Shown piece after piece: positions 13,185 to 27,278 of a stretch of DNA of 64,000 nt. The notes below the pieces were generated by a model. That model was not told where the DNA came from. It searched no databases and saw only the letters and a list, made by a program, of their open reading frames with translations. The stretch lies in the NCBI GenBank assembly GCA_030265395.1, contig JARFYF010000094.1, positions 59,741,682 to 59,805,681 of the forward strand, in the 5' to 3' direction. The first letter of the stretch is position 1, and every line of letters begins with the position of its first letter. The DNA is from Rhina ancylostomus (lineage: Eukaryota). The position numbers were made by a program, and so were the translations under genes.

Positions 13185-13695
13185 TCATGGAATCATACAG
13201 CATGGATACCGGCCCCTTGGCCTACCATTGCCCATGCTACCCATCAATTACTTGTCCATACTATTTCCATTTACCAGCACTTGGGCTGTAGCTTACTAAG
13301 CCTTCAGAATTCTAGTGCTAATCCAGTCTAAAATGTTGTGTGAATACCTGTCTCCAACACCTTCTCAGGAAGTGCATTCCAGATTGCACCCTCTGTGTGA
13401 AAACATTCTTCTTCAGATCCCCTCTAAATCTCTTACCCTTCACCTTAAACTGTGCCCTCTGGTCTTCAATACCAGTTACTATCTACCTATCTATGGCTCT
13501 CATAATTTCACATACTTCTATCAGGTCCTCCCCCAGCGTACTTTGCTCCAAGAAAAACAAACCCATTCTGTACAGTCTCTCTTCATAACTGAAATATTCC
13601 ATCCCAGGCAACATCCTAGTGAATCTCCTCTGCACCCTCTCCAGTGCAATCACATCCTTCTTACAGTGTGGTGACCAGAAGTTGTGCTGAAGTGT
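13185..13695 (-). mobile_element. CR1 LINE 3' fragment
   Basis: ORF 13483..13716(-) FWSPHCKKDVIALERVQRRFTRMLPGMEYFSYEERLYRMGLF; begins about 25 nt after the exon donor. Confidence 0.88.
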
Positions 13696-14067
13696 TGGAA
13701 TGGGTCTTAAATCCACTACCTACTCTGAGTTGAGAGTGATCCCAACCAAAAGAACATACGAAGGAAGAGCTAGTGCCTGGAAAAGGAAATAAATAAGAAC
13801 CTCTAAAGTGCCTACTGTTATTATCTGAGATATATGTTTGCATATGATTTCACAAACTAACTGAGAGATTACTCTGAGTGTTGATATGGAACAAGACTTG
13901 ATATATCACAACATAGTTTCAATCAGGAAGCATGTTACCAAGATAACTGCAGATGGAAAGGCCATTTACCCCAGGTGAATTATCATTATGGACTTAACCT
14001 AAGATTGCTCCATTTTGGCACTGATTATTTGTGAAAACACCAGGCTTTTCACCTTTACTGTGAGGCT

Positions 14068-14480
14068 AAGTTGTGGCTCAGTGGTTGCACTCTTGCCTGA
14101 GCCAGAAGCCTGTAGGTTCAAGTCATTTTTTCAATGGGTTGAAGTTCCAGGCAATACCGAGGGAGTGTGTAAGTATATGTATCAGTGATATTAATAACTG
14201 GTAAGCATAGCTTTCAGATGAGATATTAACTCAAAGGCTCACTCCCAGATGATTACAACTCCACTCTGAAGAAGAGCAGGAGAACTCTTCTCAGTATCCC
14301 AGCTAGCATATTCCTCATGCAGTATCATTAAAACTGAGTTCTACGGATAACATGTTTATGGGAACTTACTGTGTACATATCTGTTGCTTTACTTTCTACA
14401 TTACAGCAGCGACTGCACTTGGAAAATATTTTATTCACTGTAAGCACTTTGAGATGGCTTGGAAGTGCTCTTTTAGTGAA
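14068..14480 (+). mobile_element. tRNA-head Deu-domain (SacSINE1-like) SINE
   Basis: gtggctcagtggttgcactcttgcc...ggttcaagtc A/B-box head; gaagaagagcaggagaactc Deu-like core. Confidence 0.55.
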
Positions 14481-14794
14481 AGTTTTTCTTTCTTTACCCT
14501 TCCTATTTGATACATCGATCACCCTTTGTATGAAAAAAGGCTTCTGTCAATGCTCAGCCTTTTGATCTGTCATTTGGCTCTTCTGTTCTCTCTGATAGAG
14601 GAGCACCACCTTTGCTTTGGGATTTGGAACTAGATACAGTCTTCCAACTACAATCAGAGTCCAGCCTGAAAGATACCACACTTAATGGCTTCTGAATGAT
14701 TGACTTTCATAAAGGACAGATGCCTAAAATCCTTGGCAACCACCATAACTTTCTTATAATTGAGGTAATTTTTTTCCATTTCTCACCTTCAAAG

Positions 14795-14975
14795 GAAACC
14801 GTATTATCATGGGGAAGAGCCACGTTTTCCGCTTCAATCACCCCGAACAGGCACGTCAAGAGCGCGACAAGACACCCTGTGCAGAGACGCCAGTTGAGCC
14901 TGTGGACTGGGCTTTTGCCCAGCGAGAATTGCTGGAGAAACAGGGCATTGACATGAAGCAGGAGATGGAACAAAG
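14795..14975 (+). CDS. KIF1A: KIF1A exon: [59 protein letters not shown](R)
   Basis: ccttcaaag acceptor, gtaaat donor, 181 nt, phase 1 to 2. Confidence 0.97.
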
Positions 14976-16528
14976 GTAAATGAGGAATTGTGGAAGAATA
15001 ATGGTGTCCAAAGAGGGTTAAGTGAAGGATGCACTGTAAAGTTCTTTGACATAGAGTGGAATGACAATGACTGCATTTAGTCCAGCATAATGGTCTATGT
15101 TTGATTACATTCCTTTCTGAAACAGTGATGTTGAGTTTTGTTAGTTGAAGATAATATGGCTTTAATCAGTGAAATATTCCTTGGTTATGAAAACCTTAGT
15201 TAAAGCCTTGGGTTGGACTGGTACCCATAAAACTGACTTGGCACAATCAGATTAGCTTCCAGTGACAACTTTAGATTTTGTACTTGAGTTACCATGGATT
15301 GGTTTTCTATTTTGGGACAATAAACCCAAGGGGATTCCTTATTTGGCATGTCCACCACTTCACTGTCTTAGTATTTTCGATTGCAGTGGTGTAGTGCACT
15401 AGATTTCCTTCTATATAAAAAAGTTACTTGAGAGAGCCTTGACATTTTTGTCACCTTATAGTAATCATTTCACAGTGAAGTAAACATGAATGGATGTGGC
15501 ATATGTCCAAGCCTTGCATTTCTTTACTGGTGAATTTTCACTGGGAGAACAGGGTTAGTTCCAGGAGCTGTACACAAACTATTAAAAGCAACAACATGAT
15601 ACACCCTCACATCAGTTATCTTTCAACCAGCATTAAAATAAGGCTTCTGTATTCTGAATTGCTAATACGTCTTAACTAATTAATATTTACATTTATAAAA
15701 TGAGAATATTTGACATTTTTGAATGGCACTGTTAGTTTAGATTGAAATTATGGACAGTTTTTCCACTTTTTGCAAGTACTTACAGATGATGATAAATGAT
15801 TACTTCAGTCTTTATATTATTTTAGATTATAGGATATGTGCTAACCTGTGATTTAATTGATATTTCTGTGAATGTCAATGCATGGATTATTAACCTCATT
15901 GGCACACATGCAGTGCAGAGAGACCTTTAAATTGATCTATAGTGCCTGTTGTAGCTAACCTAGGAGTGATTGATGGAAGAGCTTTATTTTCACAGAGAAT
16001 AGAGTCATATAGCACAGAAGCATGTGATTCGGCCCATCATGATGATAATCACATTCCTTTCTACACTAATCCCATTTTCCAGCAATTGGTTTATAGCCTT
16101 CTATGTCTTGGTTATNNNNNNNNNNNNNNNNNNNNNNNNNNNNNNNNNNNNNNNNNNNNNNNNNNNNNNNNNNNNNNNNNNNNNNNNNNNNNNNNNNNNN
16201 NNNNNNNNNNNNNNNTGGTTTATAGCCTTCTATGTCTTGGTTATTTAAGTGCTCATCTAGATACTTATGTAACCAATCTGTTTTGTTCCTGATCTGGGAG
16301 TGATTAATAGGAAAGCGCTGATGGAACTTTATTCTGTATACAGTCCTTATTACACGGTACCCAGCAATATCATGGCCTAGTGTTGAAGGAGCTGTACAAT
16401 AAGGAACATATATCCTTTTTTTTTCTCCAGGGTTATATCAATCAGTGTTTAATTTTATTCTGCATTGAAGCAATTTGTGAAACTTCTGTAACTCAGTACC
16501 TATTTTACTTTATTGAATTGTTTCTCAG

Positions 16529-16601
16529 GCTTCAAGAGCTAGAAACCCAGTACCGGAGAGAAAAGGAGGAAGCTGATTTACTGTTGGAACAGCAGCGACT
16601 G
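16529..16601 (+). CDS. KIF1A: KIF1A exon: LQELETQYRREKEEADLLLEQQRL (CC2)
   Basis: tttctcag acceptor, gtatgt donor, 73 nt, phase 2 to 0. Confidence 0.97.
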
Positions 16602-17059
16602 GTATGTGACATTACACTTTTCTGAGATTTACTGAGCCAACAGCAGATACCAGGTAATTGTGGTGAATTGAGACTGGCTCTCATGTAGGTAGAGTGGAGG
16701 CAAGGACCAGGAGGCAAAAATGTAATTGGCATCTTTTTAAAGACGAGATGGTCTGGAAGCTATCTATGCACACACCCACAAAGGGTTAGGGTGGGTGGAC
16801 AGGAGGATTATGAGAGTTCCTGAGTGATGGAGTTGGCAAATAGAATGAAGACAGATAAAAATACAGAGAATGCTGGAAATACTCACAGGTCATGCAGCAT
16901 CTGAGGAGAGAGAAGCAGAGCTAATCCTTCAGATTAAAGGCCTATATAAAACACTACTTTGGCTCCAGTGGGAGTGTCCAACGCATGTCTATACTAAACT
17001 TCTGATAATCCAGCACCTGGTTGTTTGGAAATTGTGATGGTTTGGCATCTGGCTCACTC

Positions 17060-17220
17060 ATTATAGTCTGGAGTGTGAACCAGGGGGTCAGAGGGTGTGC
17101 AGCCAGAGCCTGGGTGTCTGGAGTGTGGATGGGTGGTGCAACCAAAACCAGGGATTGGGCTGGAACACCAGGGGTCAGGAGTGTGGTAAGATTTGTAGCC
17201 AGAACTGGGGTACGGAGTGC
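17060..17220. repeat. Degenerate G-rich minisatellite (ggggtc(a/t)ggagtgtg...ccaga)
   Basis: Recurring ggagtgtg, ccagggg and agccaga units. Confidence 0.6.
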
Positions 17221-18204
17221 TTGTACATTTCCTGCTCCCTTTAAACTCCCCAGGTTCTCAGGAAACATCATTATCCTGCTTTGCGATGTGTAAAAAAGAG
17301 TAAAATAAAGTATGTTTAGGTACTAATAAGATTAATTTCCAAAATTCCAGAAAATTGGCCAGTTCAGCACTACCAAAATCCTGATGGTGTCGGATTATTG
17401 GAGTTATTGAAATATATAAACTATGAAGCAGGGATTGCCCTCCTGGGGGAAAGGAGAGTGGATAAGATTTAATGTGCATGTTTCCAAAGAACTGCTTCTA
17501 TTGTCTGAAATCTGTAACCAAGGACATAAAGTTCAGGTGATTTACAGAGAGCCAAAGGCAACATGAGAGAAAATATTTTAAGCAACACATGATTAAAATT
17601 TGCATTATCTGCCTGATATGATGGTGGACGTTTAGTCTGTAACACCTCTCTTCTGTGTGCCCTTGTTTCATGGTACTCCAAAAATCCTGTGTTCTCCTTG
17701 CTCCTTGATGGTGTCATCCAAGTGCTGATAGCAGGCTGTTAGAAGGCTGGTAGCTGGCCCTGAAGAGATAAAATTGCAGGGATATGAGGAAAGAGAAACA
17801 GAGTGGTATTAACAAGATTACTCTTTGCAAGAGCCACCACAGACTCAGTGGGCCAAATGACCACCCTCAGTATTGAGATAATTCCATCGAGGCTAAATTG
17901 AATAGTCCCTAAAATGGGCATTTGGGTCGTGTTGTTCAGCATGGTCATTTATTCCAGGCTTCATGTCGATCAGATTTGTCCTGCCAACTCACCAGAATGT
18001 TTTCTGTGTCTGTCAGTCTTACCTGAACTATTAATTGACTGGACTTACTCATGAGGGACAAGTGGCAAGGATTCACTAAAGGTAGCCCGTGCTGCTTTAT
18101 GCTAGCCAACACTTCTTAAGGGGGGAGGGGATAAATTGTCTCAGAAACGGTGTTGGCATTGATGCAGGAAGGGATTTTGATCTGAGAAACATTAATACTA
18201 GGCA

Positions 18205-18420
18205 CATCATGGGAGCGAGTAAGATCCAAGATTTTAGGGGTTGCACTGGAAGGCTTTGTGAAGGTGGTGGAAAGTAGGAGAGATGGATTGGCAGGCAAGC
18301 AGGAGACCCTCCAGATACACAATCAGAAGTAATGGAGACAGAGAGCCTCAGCGGTCAGTGGCAGGAGACCTTGAGGACCTGGATGCAGTACTGCCAAAGG
18401 TTCAGTGATCTTGCACATTC
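18205..18420 (+). mobile_element. Decayed Myb/SANT (MSANTD) coding relic, PIF/Harbinger-type transposon
   Basis: Frame-broken translation DPRF*GVALEGFVKVVESRRDG...RRPSRYTIR...WRQRASAVSGR...RTWMQYCQRFSDL resembles the trihelix/MSANTD pattern PRF..LE.LV..V...W..IA..V...RT..QC.KRF.DL. Confidence 0.55.
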
Positions 18421-19492
18421 AAATGCTTCACTGCACTCTCTCGCTCTGCACTACTGTCAGCCTTGCATCCACATCTCATAGCTTGCACAGCTGGTAGCCG
18501 CACTATCCAAACACAGTGCACAGGACTCCTCCGCAGGAGGAGGCAGTGTACAGCCACAGGCTGCAGGAGATAACCAAAAGAGGACAGGCACGCATGCATG
18601 TCTTAGGAATATCCACTGCTGGGACAGTGACCGGTCATGGGACTGAAAACATGATGGTATCATCATACCTAATCCCCTTCCTCACTCCCAGAACATCCTC
18701 AACTCATGCTCCCTTCTCTTCCATGGGCTCTTGATAACGTAACACTGATCCCTTCCCTTTTCTCCAACTCCCTCCTCACGCTCCATCTTTGTGCCTTTCT
18801 CATTCCAATTCGTCAAGAACTGCAACTTGGTCAGGTGTCAGAACATTGGAAAGAGAGTGATTAAAAAAAATGCACCATTACTGAATATCACACTCACAGC
18901 CGTCAGCTGAGATGTTGGCCAGGCATGTAATTTAGAGTACAGCAGTTGGTGAGAGCCAAGCAAAAGACTTGGTCTCAGTGCAAATAAAAAGCATCAGAAG
19001 CAAATATTATAAATTTAAATCATTCCAAACTGTAAATGCAAGTATATTCTTGTGCAGTCTGTAACATCTGTCTTCTGTGTGCCCTTGTTTCATGGTATTC
19101 CAGAAATCCTGTTTCCTCCTTGCTCCTTGACAGTGTCCTTCAAGTGCCAACAGCAGAGAATGATGCAGACAATCTTGAAGGACTCTGCACCAGTTCCAGA
19201 CACAAAGCATGTCCCCTCCAGCTTGGCTTCAGTCAGTGCTAGCTAACTTGAATTAGTTTTGATCACTCACAAAACTGGGCCCAGTAGAATTATACTAATT
19301 CCATGGTAATAAATGATGCTGGCTACTCAGAGAGGTCATAGTAACACACTGGGAGGAAGAATTTTGTGTGCATTAGGCACACGAGGTGTTGGTTAATTGG
19401 GCATCCCAATCTCAGCACTTATCTTCCAGCATTATTAATGTTGGCTCCAAAAGTAAAGAGCTTTTCAATGCTTCTTTTGTCTACCATTCCAG

Positions 19493-19586
19493 GACTATGA
19501 AAGCAGGCTGGAAGCTTTACAAAGACAGATGGATTCCTGCTTTTACCCAGACAATGTACAGGAAGATGAAGAACCAGAGGAGGAAG
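19493..19586 (+). CDS. KIF1A: KIF1A exon: [31 protein letters not shown]
   Basis: attccag acceptor, gtgagg donor, 94 nt, phase 0 to 1. Confidence 0.96.
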
Positions 19587-20154
19587 GTGAGGGAATGGTC
19601 CTATCCATTTTTGGTTTTGTTTTACTTTTGTCCAATGTTCCCAGTGCTATCAGCAAGGAAGCTGGTCGATAAGATCAGGAGACTTGCAACATATGCAGAG
19701 CCACCTAACTCATGCAGGAAGTACTGTTCCCGTGCTGGTGTATGCTGTCATCCAGTATCTCCCACAAGTGAAGTAACCAGTCTGAGTTCTGGCCCATTGA
19801 AGGTAAAGAAACTGTCTCAGGGAAGGGGAAAGTCATGAAGAGGGTTTCCAGACACCTGTAATTTCTCAGGGACCTATAATCCAAACATTTGTTGCTGTTA
19901 GCCCGGCTTTACTGCATTTTGTCAAAAATAGATGAAGCCACTTTAATGGAATGACATGCTGCAATGTCCTTTCACACTCTGGGACTGAGTGGTACAGTGG
20001 GTGGAACTGAGTCGTACAGAGATAATTTTCAGTTTCTACATAATGTAGGTTGGCGAAAGTCTGTAATACTGCTCAGAATTTAGCTCTCACGTTTTATTCC
20101 CATACCCACAGGTAGATGATACAGTTACTGTGACCTCTGGTGTGGTGATCTTGA

Positions 20155-20424
<270 letters not shown>

Positions 20425-21221
20425 TGACAGAGAGATTCACACAGTGGTGTTGTCATTTAATCTGCTATTATTACCAGCTGTAAATGAGTGAAGCAAAGGT
20501 TAAAACAAAATAACACATCTCCTTTGCAGTTGCAATGAGATCCTTATGATTGGCAGATGCTGTGTAGGTAGATCCAGGTACATCTATAGGTTTCTGATGG
20601 CTCCATTGTAAACCTGGTCATCATTGTAACCAGGATAGGTAAAGCTGATCAGTAATACACAGGTCCAACCATCATAAAGGAAATCCAGAAATAAAGAAGA
20701 TCGAGCTAAGTGCCCTCAGTGTATCTGTTGAAGCTGAACCCCTCAGAGAGAAATTGCACTATAATGAAGAGAGAGAGGGGGCAAAATATACATTTTGAGA
20801 TGACCATAAAAATGGGAGGGAAGCCATTGGTGGCAACATGGAGACTATGTTGGAGGAAGATTAAATTAGCAACTTTGCTGAAGACAGTTGAAAGGTCCTG
20901 CAGAAAAGGAGAGAAAGTGAATTCCTGCTTCAGTTCCAAAGTATGTTTTTTAACACCTTGCACACTAGCTGTGTACACGTTGCAGGACAGAAGCTAGACT
21001 GAATGGGCTTGAAGAAGGATTGGAGAAAGAATGCGGGCATTATTATAAGGTGCAACTGTTTTCAGCGATATGTGAGGGAGGAAAACTTTCTATAAAAGTA
21101 GGTACTAACTGAAAGCAATAAAGCTCAGATATTCCATTAATCACAGTTACCAGATGTGTAAATGTTTGGAAAGAAGACCTATTGAAGCTTGCTTCAACAG
21201 TGTTGCCTTGTCTTTAAATAG

Positions 21222-21652
<431 letters not shown>

Positions 21653-22509
21653 TCATCAGTAATGAGAACCTTGATCATAAAAACCAATTGTTTTACTAAC
21701 ATCCTTCAAGGAATGAACTCTGCTGTTCTTACCCAGTCTGGCTCATATTTCTTTTTACCAGACTTGCTGTACCATGGTTGACTCTAACAGCTCTCTGAAA
21801 CATACAGCAATCGCTTTGATTTCAGGGACAATTATGGATGGGTATTAAATAGTGAATTGCCATCAACAGCCACATCCTGAGAACAAATATCTAAAAACTA
21901 AATCCCTTCCTGAATTTTTGCAACATGTCCACTTTAAGGAGCAATGCACCCCAAACCATCCATGGGCCCACTGAAAATTTTAGCCTTTACTTTCATCTGC
22001 GGGTTCATCTTACCCTGGAGTCATCCACATTAAAAACTGTTAGTACAATCTAATTGACTTTTCTCAACCTCTCAATTTCCTTCTGTGTTTTATTGTCCAC
22101 AGAACTTTATTTCATTAAGTAACTTAATTGTGCTGCCTTGGTAGCATCAGTGTTAAGAGGAAACATTTACAAGGAAATTAAAAGTACTCAAACTCAAAAT
22201 CTACCAGTGGACACCTAACAGGCGCCGTGCAGTAAACATGTTTACTTTTTTCTGTCATCTCATTCTGTATTAAAATCATTTGTCCATGATTTAGCCCACC
22301 TCACTCATTGGTTTGTTGAATTCTATATATCTCTGCCTACATAAATCACTGTCTTGCTGCACCAGTGTCCTCAACAAGGGACATAAAGGAAATCTCTGTG
22401 GAGCTACGTTTACTCCTGCAACTTGGATGAGCCCTTGTCTGTTTGTGCCTGTGCCTGTGCCTGTACGGATGTGGCTCAGATTGGTGTGTTGGACTTTTAT
22501 CTCCTGCAG

Positions 22510-22647
22510 GCAGAGACTGGACCTGATGCGTGAGATGTATGACCGTGCAGCTGAAGTGCCTTCCAGTGTGGTTGATGACTGTGACAATGTTATGACAGGC
22601 GGAGATCCATTTTATGATCGTTTCCCATGGTTCCGTTTGGTCGGAAG
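22510..22647 (+). CDS. KIF1A: KIF1A exon: [45 protein letters not shown]
   Basis: ctcctgcag acceptor, gtaaga donor, 138 nt, phase 2 to 2. Confidence 0.97.
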
Positions 22648-24559
22648 GTAAGAGAGCAATGAAGTTCTTTTTATAGCATTGTTTACCATGAAAACTAATA
22701 TTTGTAGTGGTGTATAGAGATGAGCAGTGAAGCCAGTGGAAACCCAGGTTAACTTCCAATTCCAGCTTCAATTGATTTGGTTTACAAACTGGCTTTCCCC
22801 ATTTCATTCGGATGACATGATAGAGCCCAGAAGCAATGTATCAATATTTAATGACTTGCGCTGCAAAATAGGTCTGTTCTTTACAGTTGGTAATAATTTA
22901 TACCAGTGCATTTGGATCCAAATGTGAAAGGATACTGCTCATCCCTAGCATTGTCTCCATGGAAATAGCAACGGGAGGTTAAGAGAGAAGTGGCTGTCCT
23001 GTCTCGACACTGACTGTGTGCTAATTCTCTTTGGAGTCCCAATATGTTTTCATCTGAATAATGCTGAAGCTTTCTCTACAGTCCAGCCTGTAGTATGGGT
23101 CTCTTCCTTAGATCAGAAGCACTTGACTAATCCAAGTGTTGTCATTCCTAACAGTCAGGATGGCATCAAATGCTACAATGTGCCACCAGCAATCTCCAAA
23201 TTTTTGCTGTCAGCTCCAGGTTGTGATTTGAGAAGGTAAATGGTCTACCATACATTCTCTAGGGTTATACAGTGGTTTCAATGGGAACTTGACCATCACA
23301 TATATTTTCTGTATATTTTCATTCTCTGGATTTTGGAGAAGCAAGGAAAGTTGCATATATTTCACTAATTTTTCTGAGAAACTGATGGAAACTTTCACTT
23401 TGAACTGTTGCACTCCTTGAGAAGCTGCTGTGATGTTGGTTAGGATAATTCAGGATGTTAACCCAGAAACAACAAAGATGATGATATGCTTAGTAGATTT
23501 TGAGTTTAGTCAATATTTGTAGGGAGACATTGTGATGCTAATGTACATTCTCTTAATCCTTTCTGTCCTCATTACCTTTCACCAACTTTCAAATTTCAGC
23601 CTTTCTACATTATCTTACTACACCGATATCTTGGCCCACTTCCTCATCACTAGGAAGGTTGCTAGTTCATATCACCTCTTGAGGCAGCAGGTTTGTTTCT
23701 CCAAGAACATGACACCGAAACAAATTGACAAGGCAATCAAGGAGCCAGGAAAATGAGCCACATATCTTCCATTCTGCATATTGAGTAGTGTGGTCACACA
23801 TACACATTCACATAATCGCTCATTGTAGGCAACCATTATGCAACTATGATTTTATGCCTACTTTTCCATATTGATTTGTGACCATCCAGCTCATTTCATT
23901 AAGCTTACTATAACTTTGGGAAAAACCCTTATTTATCTGTACCAACAGTTCCTCCCCAACCACTAATCACATGAACTATTAAAAGGAAAAGGGTTCTTAA
24001 CTGTTTAAATTCCTTCACAGTCTTAGTAATGAGTAGCCAATGAAGACGTTTGTTAGACCTGTTCTAAGTGAAACTCTTCAGTGAAGGTAAGACATCTGAT
24101 AGGCAGTGCTGACTTTTGTGTGCAATAACTAGGGGCTTTACTTGCAGCTTGACCAAGTGTAGGAGAAGATGGCCAACAGTTTGCAGAGAAGGTGGAGGGG
24201 GGTGGTGGGGATAGAAACACTCAGAGATCTTAGGCTATAAGTGGAACTGTTGGACATTGTCATTCCCTTGCAGTTTTGTGGGATTGATTCCCCAAGGAGG
24301 AGGTCAACCTCAAATGGCAGAGTTGTGTCTGGGCTGCTCTGCCTGTGGCCCTCCATTTTTTTGCCTCTGGCTCGTTCCAGGAAGAACATTGGGCCCTCTG
24401 ACCAACAGGCAGCAGCAAGAGCAGTGGCAGTGAGAGTACGAACTCTGTCATCCTGAGAATGGACTGCTGGTTTATGCTCCATTGGGATGCTATCAATGCC
24501 CCACAGTGCACTTCATCAGTGCTAGTAACCTGTTACACAGCAATAGGTGTTAACACATG

Positions 24560-25085
24560 CTGTAACACCTATATGAGCACGAGAATCTTTATTTTCTTGG
24601 ACAGTCCCTTGGGGTCGAGGATGACTTGCTTCCATTTGAGTTCTGTGGTGGTGGCTGATGAGGCTAATGTTGGACCCACAGACTGCCTCAGGTGGGGCAG
24701 GAGTTGGCCGAGGACATGGCCAGCTAGATAATTTATGAGGTGATGAACCCCTTCCTATTGGGTTTCTGTGTGCTTCCCATCGCATCAATGTAAGGCTCCC
24801 AGAACCACTCCAAATGCTCCTTCTCCACTTTGTGGTCATGGACCAGGAATTCCCAGGAGTCAATGGGGATCTTGCACTTTTTCATGGAGATTTAGAAACA
24901 TTTTTGCTGTCTGCTCAGAAATCTCTTCCTGTAATGGATCTTGGAATAGAATATGTTTACAGAGTCTGGTATTAGGCATGAAATGACTTGGCCTACTCAT
25001 TGGAGGCAATTGAGTGTAATTAGGGCCTCAATACAGGGAACATTTTCAGGGAGAGGATCTGATGTTGGTTAACTTTTTCTTATTC
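24560..25085 (-). mobile_element. RTE-clade LINE 3' fragment
   Basis: Minus-strand translation TPGNSWSMTTKWRRSIW resembles the RTE ORF2 C-terminus; shares the end motif gaggatgacttgcttc with the 59060-59630 copy. Confidence 0.6.
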
Positions 25086-25769
25086 TAAGGGATGAATAAC
25101 ACAAAGCAGTGTGAATGATGGGAAATGGATTTTGTTGATATCTTCACTGACTGACCAAACATGTGAGGCTATATTATTATTTGGGTTTCTGTGTCCATAT
25201 CCTGGGTGCTTCTCTTCTGGCATTGAGCTTGTTCACCACCAACCATCAGTGGCAGTGTCTAATGGGTCTGCAGGCCTTGCAGAACCTGTAGGTGTGGGGG
25301 AATTCCCAACCTACAGAACACCTTCAGGACATTGGACTACCCACTTTCATCCCTACTTTGCCTTGGCTTCCTCCAAGTGTCCAAAACCTGTTAAACAATT
25401 CCCATCTTCATTTGCAGATAGTGAGTCCTTCCATATTAAAAGGTAGCTTCGCGCCTTCAGTTAGTGCCAGCCAGCTTCATCTGATGATCCAGTGAATAAA
25501 CAGGGTAGCCCTCAATGCAAGCCTCTCTGATTACGGTGAGAGAGCAAGCACAAGTTAAAGCTGTCATTTGCACTAGGTCAGACTGACATGGATTACTTGA
25601 GTGTTGCAGTTCCAGTCCACATTTTCCAATTTGTCAAACTGATTTATTCCCCAGAGTGTTGAAGGGATAGCTCACAATCCTCTGGGATCACAACCTTCTG
25701 TGTGCATCTTTCGAGCAGCAGCAGATCTAGATTGCAGTATTTATACTTATTAATATCATCATATAAAAT

Positions 25770-25985
25770 GCTTACCTTGTACCCAGTTGCTACTAATATT
25801 ATACTCTTAAATTTGAGCACATAATCTGGACCTCTGATACTGAGGAACTTCTCACTTGTCAGAGATACTATCCTTTGGATATGATGATCTGCCTTGGAAG
25901 GTTGAAATCAAATACTCATTTCAAAATATAGACTCTCCTGGAGTCATGACCAACAATTCCTCCCCAGCCAACACCAATAATCTTT
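25770..25985 (+). mobile_element. Deu-domain SINE, degenerate
   Basis: tttgagcacataatc...ctctcctggagtcatgaccaacaattcctccccagccaacacc resembles the Deu core. Confidence 0.45.
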
Positions 25986-26444
25986 TTCTTATAAAGCACA
26001 TAATTTGATCTTTTACTTTTTGAAGGTGCTTTTTGTGTGCAGCTTTTCTTTCTTCCTTTTCTCCATCCTTTGCTTTCATCCTTACTTTCTCTTTCTTATT
26101 CATTCCTTTCATTCTCCCTTCCATTCACTGGGGACAGACCTGGTCCTTACTCTAATATTGGGTCTTACTCTGTCACACTTACATGTCTGTATCTCCTGAC
26201 TCAAATATTAAGGATTCTGTCTGATCCATGTTCCTTTGCTGATCTTCTGGCATTGTTTACAGTGTTAAAATGTGGTAAGGTGACAGTCAAAGAGTACCTG
26301 ATTGGAGATGAGGGATGTATCCTGTGAATGGGAGATCAGAGCTGAACATGCTCAGCCACCTCATCCAGCTCGGGTCCTAGCTTCCCACTGGGTGCATTTC
26401 ATCCAATAAGATAGAATACTTGGGACACACTGAGGTCAAGTACA

Positions 26445-26620
26445 AGAAGACACAAGAGACTGCGGATGCTGGAATCTGGAACATAAACAAACTGCTTGAG
26501 GAACCTGGCAGGTAAAGCAGCATCAGTGGAGTACAGATGCAGGCTCTTGACCCAAAATGTCAACTGTCCCTTTGCCTCCATAGATGCTACTTGACCTGCT
26601 GAGTTCCTCCAGCAATTTGT
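26445..26620. mobile_element. Palindromic repeat with about 36-bp inverted arms (26489-26524 / 26583-26618)
   Basis: aaactgcttgaggaacctggcaggtaaagcagcatc is largely complementary to gatgctacttgacctgctgagttcctccagcaattt. Confidence 0.75.
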
Positions 26621-26984
26621 CAATTACAAGGAGTTGTCTAGGTTTGGAGGGAAGTCCCTGTGTGAGAGGGAGAGTGATGGCTCCCGTGTGGTACCTGTGC
26701 ATTCTTAATCAGTTTATTATCCTATACACCTCTGTCCAGATGATATTTTAAGTAACTGGAATAGGAGGAGGCCACTTGGCCCTTTGCTACACAATTTAGG
26801 AAAGCCTTGGTGGCTAATCCTAACTCTTTTCTGCTGATCTACACCTCGCTTGATTCCACTGGTTCCCTCAGAGTCTGGAAGCTGTCAGCCTTGAAAATAA
26901 TCATCCACCCAGCCCTGGCATGTGCAACTTAGTACACTGGATATGGAGGAGCTCAATAGATAAGTTAGTGGGCTGTTAACTTAT

Positions 26985-27175
26985 TTAATTTCAGCATGGT
27001 AACAGGCCCTTCCAGCCCAACGAGTCCACGCCGCCCATTTTAAACCCATGTTAACCTACCTGTATGTCTTTGGGATGTGGGAGGAAACCGGAGCACCCAG
27101 AGGAAACCCATGCAGACACGGGAGAACATACAAACTCTTTACAGACAGTGATGGGAATCGAACCCAATCAAGGAT
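26985..27175 (-). mobile_element. V-SINE/HE1-like SINE
   Basis: tgggaggaaaccggagcacccagaggaaacccatgcagacacgggagaacatacaaactc is the reverse complement of the V-domain. Confidence 0.8.
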
Positions 27176-27278
27176 CAANNNNNNNNNNNNNNNNNNNNNN
27201 NNNNNNNNNNNNNNNNNNNNNNNNNNNNNNNNNNNNNNNNNNNNNNNNNNNNNNNNNNNNNNNNNNNNNNNNNNNNNN

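Noticed and set aside
16087-16244. Identical 29-bp sequence on both sides of a 100-N gap (same pattern at 33054-33190 and 49277-49415)
   Set aside because: Typical unmerged contig overlap from scaffolding, not a biological repeat or target-site duplication.
16602-19492. Searched for a KIF1B-alpha-like long terminal exon in this intron
   Set aside because: No long ORF is present, and diagnostic residues identify the gene as KIF1A rather than KIF1B.
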